Shown: positions 1-5,407 of the stretch, piece by piece | Position numbering within the stretch: the first letter of the stretch is position 1 | Layout of the letters: each line of letters starts with the position of its first letter | Virus record (IMG/VR): IMGVR_UViG_3300045988_168943 | Location: 1-6,194 of that record | Strand: one strand, 5' to 3' | From: a virus | DNA: 6,194 bases | The notes under the pieces: generated by a model | Seen by the model: the letters and a program-made list of their open reading frames with translations, nothing else | Database searches by the model: none | Told to the model about the DNA's origin: nothing | Position numbers and translations under genes: made by a program

Positions 1-55
1 GCTAATACCCAATTTCAAGGTGCAGATTTCTTGAGTAATCATTTTGCTTCGCCCT
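1..55. repeat. Terminal direct repeat, copy 1 (identical to 6140..6194); an assembly overlap from a circular genome
   Basis: Compared by eye: gctaatacccaatttcaaggtgcagatttcttgagtaatcattttgcttcgccct occurs at both window ends. The reading frame is preserved across the junction (6140 and 1 are both first codon positions of the capsid ORF). Confidence 0.95.
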
Positions 56-1005
56 CTTTTCCGTCTTATTCTGATACTGATGTGGCGTCCTTTACTCCTA
101 CTACTCACCAAATTTCAGGCTTTCAGGCTGATGTTGCTACTGATGCTATCAATAAGAAGACCTTGCGTCTGACTGTCTCTAATCTTCGTAGTGCCTTTGC
201 GCTTGATAAGCTTTATCGTCTTATGGCTCAGGCTTCGGATGGTGATTATAAGTCACAGATTAAGGCTAGATATGGCTTTGATGCTTACGCTCCCCAGATG
301 CGTTGTCAGTTTGTTGGTTCTGCTAGTAGCGTGATTCAGGTTAACCCGATTACATCTACTGCTGATACTCTCACGACTTCGGATAGTGCCTTTCAGGGAA
401 CCCCCGTTGGTCGTATTTACGGAAATGGTGTTGCACAAGGCTCTGATACGTTTGAGTTTGATACCAAAGAACACGGTATCCTGATGGGTATTTGTTCTTT
501 TGTGCCTGATGTTGATTACAGTTCGTATGGTGTTAACATCTTTAACAAGAAGCTTTCATCCTCTGAGTATTTTCAACCAGAGTTTGATAATCTTGGAAAG
601 CAGCCTCTTGACGCTACTGCTCTGTATCTTGCCAAAGTCCCTGGTTCAGGTGGTATTAAATCCCCTGCCGTTCTTGGTTGGATTCCTCGATATGCTGAGT
701 ATAAGACACATATAGATGAGGTTCACGGTCAGTTGAATGGTAACATCTACCGTTCAGCTAGTGGTGAGCCTACTCTTTCTAGTTGGACTGCTCCTCGTCT
801 CGCTGGCTTTGAGGACGATATGGCTTCTTATTGGTGTAAGGATGGTCTTTCAAAGAACTTCTTTTATATCAATCCTGCTTTGTATAATAGCATCTTTGTT
901 AATCAGTATGAGGGATTTCAGACTCAAGACCAGTTCATTTGTGAAGTTAGTAATAATGTTCAAGCCGTTTTGCCTATGTCGGTTAGCGGTGAGCCTTTAA
1001 TTTAG
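1..1005 (+). CDS. VP1: Major capsid protein VP1 (phiX174 gpF homologue), C-terminal 334 codons; continues from 5408..6139
   Basis: The frame is open from base 1 to TAG at 1003-1005. The TTG start at 31 in the ORF track is an artefact of window linearisation. Bases 1-55 duplicate 6140-6194 in the same frame as the ATG at 5408. The joined protein is 578 aa and carries microvirus capsid hallmarks (see the 5408..6194 entry). Confidence 0.93.
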   Translation, partial: ANTQFQGADFLSNHFASPSFPSYSDTDVASFTPTTHQISGFQADVATDAINKKTLRLTVSNLRSAFALDKLYRLMAQASDGDYKSQIKARYGFDAYAPQMRCQFVGSASSVIQVNPITSTADTLTTSDSAFQGTPVGRIYGNGVAQGSDTFEFDTKEHGILMGICSFVPDVDYSSYGVNIFNKKLSSSEYFQPEFDNLGKQPLDATALYLAKVPGSGGIKSPAVLGWIPRYAEYKTHIDEVHGQLNGNIYRSASGEPTLSSWTAPRLAGFEDDMASYWCKDGLSKNFFYINPALYNSIFVNQYEGFQTQDQFICEVSNNVQAVLPMSVSGEPLI

Positions 1006-1012
1006 TTTGTTT

Positions 1013-1432
1013 ATGAATTATAGTAGTTATTTTCAGTATTGTTATACTGCTGTTCCTTCACCTTCTTACGAGGTTCATCCTGAGAAAGTGATTAATCAAG
1101 ATGAAATGGATGCTTTGTGCCCTCTTGACTCTACTACTGGCAAGCGTTGTGAGCCCCTTGTTCGTGCTCTTGACCCATCTTGTAGTGATTCTGAGCGTCA
1201 GTCGCTTTTAGCTTCTTTGCAGCTTGTTAAGACTTCTTCAGGTTACGAGTCCTTGAGTGATGATGTTAAGTTGCAGATTTGTAAGTTGCGTTCTTTACAG
1301 ACTCCTAGCGAGTTAAAGGAGTTTGCTGGTTATGTTAATCAGATTTCTGATAGTCTCGATGTTGAGACTCTTGAGACTCCTGAGACTCCTGAGACTCCTG
1401 AGACTCCTCAGACACCTAGTGATAATGTTTAA
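1013..1432 (+). CDS. Hypothetical acidic protein (139 aa) with a C-terminal ETP tandem repeat; possible scaffolding-type protein
   Basis: ATG at 1013 lies 7 nt after the VP1 stop (the track begins at an upstream TTG, 1007). Hand count gives about 23 D/E against about 10 K/R. The C-terminus is VETLETPETPETPETPQTPSDNV. I recognise no family. Its position between VP1 and VP2, its size and its acidity fit an internal scaffolding analogue, but that is inference. Confidence 0.7.
   Translation: MNYSSYFQYCYTAVPSPSYEVHPEKVINQDEMDALCPLDSTTGKRCEPLVRALDPSCSDSERQSLLASLQLVKTSSGYESLSDDVKLQICKLRSLQTPSELKEFAGYVNQISDSLDVETLETPETPETPETPQTPSDNV
1364..1417 (+). repeat. 9-bp tandem repeat: gagactcct x4 perfect, flanked by degenerate units gagactctt and cagacacct
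   Basis: Read directly: 1364-1372 gagactctt; 1373-1408 four perfect gagactcct units; 1409-1417 cagacacct. In frame it encodes ETL-(ETP)4-QTP. Confidence 0.95.
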
Positions 1433-1441
1433 TATCTATTT

Positions 1442-1463
1442 GCCCCCTACAGAAGTAGGGGGC
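1442..1463 (+). other. Perfect 9-bp GC-rich hairpin (GCCCCCTAC-AGAA-GTAGGGGGC) between the acidic ORF and VP2; possible attenuator or terminator, or an ssDNA structural element
   Basis: Arms 1442-1450 and 1455-1463 are exact reverse complements with a 4-nt loop. A T6 run follows only after a 7-nt spacer (ttaaaccTTTTTT), so it is not a textbook intrinsic terminator. It shares the CCCCCTA/TAGGGGG motif with the 2795-2882 hairpins. Confidence 0.6.
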
Positions 1464-1485
1464 TTAAACCTTTTTTATCAATTAT

Positions 1486-2508
1486 ATGGGTTCTTTTCTT
1501 TCAACTTTAAGTGGTATTGCTTCTGCCGTGTCTCCTATTCTCGGTGCAGGTGCTTCTTTGCTTGGTTCACATAAGGCGCAAAAAGCTAGTTATGAAGCTA
1601 TTGACCGCCAAAATAGCTTTAACGAGTATATGTACAACAAGTATAAGAATCCCGTTAATGCTAGTAAGTTGTTGCTGCAAGCAGGTATAAATCCTGCATT
1701 TGCCTATGGCAATATAGCTGGCAATATGGGTGCTACTCCCGAGCAAAACGCCCCTGCAGATACGTCTGCTACTCGTGACGCTATACCTAATGCCGTTAAT
1801 GCTTTTGCCCAGATGCAGCAATCTAACTTGGTTCGTTCGCAGGTCACACGTCAGGAGATTGATAATAATTATGCAGCTGCCGAAAAGGCTGCTCAGATTG
1901 CCAAGATGGTGCAAGAGACTACAGGTCTCAAGTATGATAACTATCTCAAAAAGTCCTCTCAGGATATGCAGTTGAATATCCTGAAGCAGACCGAACAACA
2001 GATGTACACCAAGACCTATGCAGATAACTTGCTTGCCCAAGGTTCTGCGTGGGAATTGGCTTCAAAGGCAATGTATGCTCGTATCGGTCAACCTTTGCAG
2101 TTCCAAAAGGATAGATTAGAGATTGCTTATACTGCTGCTCAGATAGCTTACCAACAAAAGGTTAATAAGTGGTATGATAAGATGAGTAAAGCGCAAATGG
2201 ATTCGCTTTATACGAATGCTGCTGCTGCCATTGTTGGTGCTCGTGCTTCCGCTCAGAATGCTGCTACAAATGCCAAAGTAGGTGCTTCACAAGCTTACAA
2301 CTTAGATACAGAGTCTTTTGTTAAAGGTCAACAGAATTTGCGTGATTCTCGTTTGTTTAACGTCACTCTCAAGTCTCTTCGTTTAGGTGTTCAGGAGAAT
2401 CAAATGAAGTTTGATTATTGGCATAATTCAGGTGTATTTAATGACTTTATGTGGCATTCAGGTAATATGTTAGAGCATATTAATCCTATTAAGTTTGGTT
2501 TTAAGTAA
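1486..2508 (+). CDS. VP2: Minor capsid / DNA pilot protein (VP2, phiX174 gpH-like), 340 aa
   Basis: The N-terminus is small-residue-rich and hydrophobic (MGSFLSTLSGIASAVSPILGAGASLLG). It is followed by ...LLLQAGINPAFAY and a long Q/A/K-rich, predicted helical region. This matches microvirus VP2/pilot proteins as I recall them, and the position downstream of VP1 is typical. Confidence 0.85.
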   Translation: MGSFLSTLSGIASAVSPILGAGASLLGSHKAQKASYEAIDRQNSFNEYMYNKYKNPVNASKLLLQAGINPAFAYGNIAGNMGATPEQNAPADTSATRDAIPNAVNAFAQMQQSNLVRSQVTRQEIDNNYAAAEKAAQIAKMVQETTGLKYDNYLKKSSQDMQLNILKQTEQQMYTKTYADNLLAQGSAWELASKAMYARIGQPLQFQKDRLEIAYTAAQIAYQQKVNKWYDKMSKAQMDSLYTNAAAAIVGARASAQNAATNAKVGASQAYNLDTESFVKGQQNLRDSRLFNVTLKSLRLGVQENQMKFDYWHNSGVFNDFMWHSGNMLEHINPIKFGFK

Positions 2509-2537
2509 TATTTTTATTTTTTTTCCGTTATCATTTT

Positions 2538-2642
2538 ATGAGACACGGTTTATTATATTATTTAGTTTGTGCGATATTGATTATCTTTATCGTTATGTTT
2601 GTTTTATGTCTTTTAAGCTCATTTATTGCGGTTTACTTCTAG
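2538..2642 (+). CDS. Candidate 34-aa single-pass membrane peptide (MRHGLLYYLVCAILIIFIVMFVLCLLSSFIAVYF)
   Basis: Hand-translated; too short for the ORF track. It starts 29 nt after the VP2 stop and ends 6 nt before the intrinsic terminator, so it would be the last cistron of the transcript. Caveat: the T-rich strand generates hydrophobic ORFs by chance. Confidence 0.35.
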   Translation: MRHGLLYYLVCAILIIFIVMFVLCLLSSFIAVYF

Positions 2643-2648
2643 TTAATT

Positions 2649-2678
2649 AGGCAGTCATTTATATGGCTGCCTTTTTTT
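2649..2678 (+). terminator. Rho-independent terminator ending the + strand gene block
   Basis: AGGCAGTCA (2649-2657) pairs with TGGCTGCCT (2664-2672): a 9-bp stem with one G-U wobble and loop TTTATA. The stem runs straight into a T7 tract (2672-2678). Confidence 0.8.
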
Positions 2679-2682
2679 GCTT

Positions 2683-2977
2683 CGTGTCGGAGATGCCGTA
2701 GGCAGACACGCTTATTATCTCAAAGTCTTGCGCTAGCCCCTCCTATACCTATGAAAAACACTAGCCTTTGCTTCTTTGGGCAATGCCAAAGAAGTAGGGG
2801 TTGAGGGGGTGAAACCCCCTAACATTCGCCGTCGGCGTCCGACCTCCGAGGGGTTGTAGGGGGCGCGGAGTGGCGCCCCCTAATCGCTAGTTATCAACTT
2901 TCGGTTTTCACGAAGTGCGATTGCCCCCGCCAATCGCCAACCTGCCCTTGTCCTTTAAAGGAAAACCGACACACACG
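2683..2977. other. GC-rich, hairpin-dense non-coding island; candidate complementary-strand origin or other structured DNA/RNA element
   Basis: The track shows no ORF of 60 aa or more on either strand. My hand count over 2781-2940 gives about 59% G+C, against roughly 40% elsewhere. Stems read from the sequence: 2683-2688/2705-2710 with inner 2694-2697/2701-2704; 2771-2779/2786-2794 (9 bp perfect); 2805-2809/2815-2819; 2831-2835/2839-2843; 2857-2866/2873-2882 (10 bp, GC-rich); 2917-2923/2931-2937 (7 bp), enclosed by the long-range pair 2901-2909/2961-2969 (9 bp perfect). Confidence 0.6.
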
Positions 2978-3037
2978 TAAATAATGCTATCTCCACATAG
3001 CATTTCACGTGAAACATTTTAAAAGTAAACTAATATT

Positions 3038-3065
3038 TGTTAACATAACGTCCCTTATGTTAGAA
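3038..3065. promoter_or_regulatory. dif-like 28-bp site (11-nt arm, 6-nt spacer, 11-nt arm); candidate XerC/XerD-dependent attP
   Basis: The site reads TGTTAACATAA CGTCCC TTATGTTAGAA. The inner 8 nt of the arms form a perfect inverted repeat. Compared with E. coli dif (GGTGCGCATAA TGTATA TTATGTTAAAT), the right arm matches 9/11 and the left arm 7/11, including the spacer-proximal CATAA. Confidence 0.55.
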
Positions 3066-3082
3066 GTATGGTAGTACTTCAT

Positions 3083-3090
3083 TATCTTTG
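3083..3090 (+). promoter_or_regulatory. Candidate Bacteroidota -7 promoter element (TAnnTTTG)
   Basis: TATCTTTG matches the Bacteroides -7 consensus TAnnTTTG and lies 66 nt upstream of the first gene after the non-coding region (ATG 3156). I found no convincing -33 TTTG at the expected spacing. A sigma70-like TATAAT at 3121-3126 is an alternative. Confidence 0.3.
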
Positions 3091-3155
3091 CACTCGTTTT
3101 CAGTTACTTATTGTTTCTGATATAATTTATTGTTTAATTTTAATGTAAAAAAGAT

Positions 3156-3557
3156 ATGAGATTGTTATTGGTCAGAGATTCGTTTGATTCTTGTTCTACA
3201 TTGGGTGAGTTATTTATCGATGATGTCCCGTTCTGTAATACTCTAGAGCCTGCTATAGGTAAAAAGGTTAAATACGGCAAAGGTTGTTGTATTGCTCCTG
3301 GCACTTATTCTATTGATTTTCATTATTCTCCAAAGTTTGGAAAATACATGCTTACTTTGTGTGGTGTCTCTGGTCGTTCTGGAATTCTCATTCATTCTGG
3401 TAATACCCATAAAGATACTAGCGGTTGCATTCTTGTTGGTAAGCGTGGTGGTGTTCTTCCTTTGGCTTACTCTACTAGCACTTTAGGCTCACTGTTTGAC
3501 CGTTGCTTGTCTGTTCTAGGTAAAGAGTCAATTACTATTTCGATTACAAATAAATAA
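3156..3557 (+). CDS. DUF5675-like protein (133 aa) with a His...Ser-Gly-Cys motif; putative peptidoglycan-acting enzyme (lysis or entry)
   Basis: Clean ORF in an A-rich start context. STLGELFIDDVPFCNTLEP ... IAPGTYSIDFHYSPKFG ... GILIHSGNTHKDTSGCILVG matches my memory of the DUF5675 family found in Bacteroidota and their phages. The H-x-G-N ... S-G-C-I motif resembles the YkuD (L,D-transpeptidase fold) His/Cys active site, although the His-Cys spacing here is shorter. There is no signal peptide. Confidence 0.8.
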   Translation: MRLLLVRDSFDSCSTLGELFIDDVPFCNTLEPAIGKKVKYGKGCCIAPGTYSIDFHYSPKFGKYMLTLCGVSGRSGILIHSGNTHKDTSGCILVGKRGGVLPLAYSTSTLGSLFDRCLSVLGKESITISITNK

Positions 3558-3560
3558 GTT

Positions 3561-3656
3561 ATGTTTAAAAAAGAAGAAGTTTTTAAAGTTATTATTAAGG
3601 CAGTTCTTTACGCTATTACTGCGTTGGCTGCTCAACTGGGTTATACATCGTTATAA
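3561..3656 (+). CDS. Candidate 31-aa membrane or amphipathic peptide (MFKKEEVFKVIIKAVLYAITALAAQLGYTSL)
   Basis: Hand-translated; too short for the track. ATG lies 3 nt after the upstream stop, and its own stop is 11 nt before the VP4 ATG, so it fills the gap exactly. It has a charged N-terminus followed by a roughly 20-residue hydrophobic segment. Confidence 0.45.
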   Translation: MFKKEEVFKVIIKAVLYAITALAAQLGYTSL

Positions 3657-3667
3657 ATTTTGGGAAT

Positions 3668-5392
3668 ATGAGAGATAGTATTAAGGATTATGTTAAGCGT
3701 TTTAGGCAGAACGTTACACCTGCTATGCGTTGCTACCACCCATTGCGCATTTATAATGCTGCAAGAGGTGTATTTGAGTGGCATAATTGTGGTAAGTGTC
3801 CTTATTGTCTTAAGATGCGTTCTGACGAATTGACGCAAAGATGCTACAAGGAGTCTGAACAACATCCCTATGCTATCTTTTTTACTCTCACTTATGATAA
3901 TGAGCATATTCCCTATTTAGAGCGTGTTGGTAAATGGTGGATACTTCGTAACCGCAGAGAAGTAGTTGATGGTGAAAGTACTGTTATTATTCACGATTCT
4001 GAGGTACAAGGTGTACACCCTATAGAGTCTAATGAATGCCCCATTGATATCGATTGTTTCGGTGTCCTTTGGAAGCAGGACATTATTAATTTCAAGAAAC
4101 GTCTGTTTATAAATCTCAAAAGATATGTTCAGCGCAATAAAAAATATTATACAAGTTTATTCGTTAATGGTAAGCTTAAAGAAGAGCCGCTTTTCCGAAT
4201 CTTCATTAATGGCGAATATGGACCAACTACCCTGCGTCCACATTACCACGGCATTTTGTGGTGTGATGAAAAGTGTTTGGCAAACGATTTTCTTGATTCC
4301 TACAAGAATAGCGCAAAATCTGCCGATAGAGACTATTGGCACGGTCTTATATACGAAAGTTGGCAGATGTGTAGTCCGGATAGATGCGACTCACAACACG
4401 TCACAAAGGCTGCTCCCTCGTACGTTGCAAGCTATGTATGTAGCACATATAGTTTGCCTGATGTTCTTCAGGCTAAACCCTTCCGTCCAAAGGTCTTGGC
4501 AAGTAAAAACCCTATTATTGGTTCTTACAAAGTTAGCCCAGATGTGCTTACGGATGCACTCTTTAATGGAACTATCCTTTATCCTCAATGGAATGATGAC
4601 GAAAAGTCCTTTACCGAGTACCCTTTACCCTACACGTATCTCCTTCGATACTTCCCTAAGTGCCAAGCATATGGCGTTTCGGATATTAATGATAAATTAT
4701 CAATATTTGCGAAGTATGAAGCAGGAAGGTATGTAAAAAGACCAATTGTTAGACGTGGTTTTTTCTACCAAAAGAAACAAGACTTGGTTTGTTATGATTT
4801 CAATCAGGATTATGATGATACCCCTTACAACGATTATTATCGCTATCAAAATAGCCGATTTCATCGTATGTTGAAGTATTGGTGTTCTCGCTCCTTCGAT
4901 GTTCCTGAACGTGATAATTTAGGTATTCTTACAGGTCGTTTTGTGTCTCGTAGGTTGTCTCCTCGTCAATATATTGAGTGTCTTGATAGATTATATAGTA
5001 ATCTTGAGTTATACAAGTTGTCTAAGTTTTATGCCGAGCAGGAAGATTTGTTAGATGGCTCTCGTAATGCGTATAATGAGTATCTATTTACTCAACGCTA
5101 TCAGGCTAAAATTTATCTTCTCACTTATTACCCTGAGTTTGTTTTCTCTCTTCCTAGAGTGCTTACTCCTGCCGTTGATAGGTTTCAACTTAACAGACAG
5201 TTAAATAATTTTGGTCTTGTTATCTCAGATATTTACATTGGTCTTGAGTTGTCTCCTGCTGTTTTGGATTTCTTATATAATAACACTATTAATATGAATT
5301 TCCGTGTTAATACTACCCAGAAGTGTATTGACCGTAACAAGTCTAAAAAGTATAAAGAGTTTTATGCCCGACAAAAGGGTATTATTTATTAA
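3668..5392 (+). CDS. VP4: Rolling-circle replication initiation protein (VP4, phiX174 gpA homologue; HUH endonuclease), 574 aa
   Basis: Motif 1 is FFTLTYD. The HUH motif is RPHYHGILW (HYH at 4241-4249). The two-tyrosine motif 3 is SYVASYV (Y252 at 4421-4423 and Y256), comparable to phiX174 gpA YVAKYV. An N-terminal cysteine cluster, CGKCPYC, is typical of microvirus Rep proteins. The true start could instead be ATG 3725 (MRCYHPLRIYN...), which resembles the usual VP4 N-terminus. Confidence 0.93.
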   Translation: MRDSIKDYVKRFRQNVTPAMRCYHPLRIYNAARGVFEWHNCGKCPYCLKMRSDELTQRCYKESEQHPYAIFFTLTYDNEHIPYLERVGKWWILRNRREVVDGESTVIIHDSEVQGVHPIESNECPIDIDCFGVLWKQDIINFKKRLFINLKRYVQRNKKYYTSLFVNGKLKEEPLFRIFINGEYGPTTLRPHYHGILWCDEKCLANDFLDSYKNSAKSADRDYWHGLIYESWQMCSPDRCDSQHVTKAAPSYVASYVCSTYSLPDVLQAKPFRPKVLASKNPIIGSYKVSPDVLTDALFNGTILYPQWNDDEKSFTEYPLPYTYLLRYFPKCQAYGVSDINDKLSIFAKYEAGRYVKRPIVRRGFFYQKKQDLVCYDFNQDYDDTPYNDYYRYQNSRFHRMLKYWCSRSFDVPERDNLGILTGRFVSRRLSPRQYIECLDRLYSNLELYKLSKFYAEQEDLLDGSRNAYNEYLFTQRYQAKIYLLTYYPEFVFSLPRVLTPAVDRFQLNRQLNNFGLVISDIYIGLELSPAVLDFLYNNTINMNFRVNTTQKCIDRNKSKKYKEFYARQKGIIY

Positions 5393-5407
5393 TTAATATA
5401 TTTTATT

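Noticed and set aside
31-1005. The ORF track's TTG start at 31 for a 324-aa protein
   Set aside because: It is not a real start. The frame is open from base 1 and continues the capsid ORF from 5408 across the circular junction.
1323-1574. 83-aa ORF containing LRLLRLLRLLRLLR
   Set aside because: It is the +1-frame reading of the gagactcct tandem repeat. It also runs across the intergenic hairpin into VP2, so it is an artefact of the repeat.
1567-2040. 157-aa minus-strand ORF antisense to VP2. The other minus-strand ORFs at 253-474, 3641-3907, 4157-4342, 4391-4588 and 5444-5626 belong with it.
   Set aside because: Microviridae transcribe a single strand. These ORFs lie fully inside strong + strand genes, have no family resemblance and show low-complexity composition.
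2593-2603. A second TTATGTT half-site that could pair with the 3038-3065 site, as in the forked ssDNA attP of CTXphi
   Set aside because: The position where the partner arm should be (2576-2586) bears no resemblance to a Xer arm. The match is only 7 nt and lies in T-rich sequence.
2795-2890. A possible tRNA or tRNA-like element, or a G-quadruplex, in the G-run/C-run cluster
   Set aside because: There is no cloverleaf. The GGGGG-TGAAA-CCCCC stem-loop lacks a 7-nt TTCRANY T-loop on either strand, and there is no acceptor or anticodon arm arrangement. The four G-tracts are split by a roughly 40-nt gap, so there is no canonical short-loop G4.
2895-2900. CAACTT preceded by a C5 run, reminiscent of the phiX174 gpA nick site (CAACTTG/ATA) as a possible + strand origin
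   Set aside because: Only a 6-mer is shared. CAACTT also occurs at other places in the window (for example near 1502 and 2297). The flanking sequence does not match the 30-nt phiX174 origin, so the evidence is insufficient.
3004-3015. Perfect 12-bp palindrome TTTCACGTGAAA (CACGTG core), next to an 8-bp hairpin at 2983-3004; a possible operator
   Set aside because: About 1.5 perfect 12-bp palindromes are expected by chance in 6.2 kb (length divided by 4^6). No DNA-binding regulator is encoded, so it is not significant alone. It is worth rechecking only if conserved in relatives.
4125-4736. 203-aa ORF overlapping VP4 in another frame. It is tempting as an overprinted gene by analogy with phiX174 gene B inside gene A.
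   Set aside because: Every alternative + strand ORF in the track (500, 737, 1323, 1730, 3292, 4125, 5712) is in the +1 frame relative to the real gene. This genome strongly prefers T at third codon positions. That depletes TAA/TAG/TGA in the +1 frame, so long +1 ORFs are an expected by-product. The translated sequence has no recognisable features. Only conservation analysis with a synonymous-rate dip could revive it.
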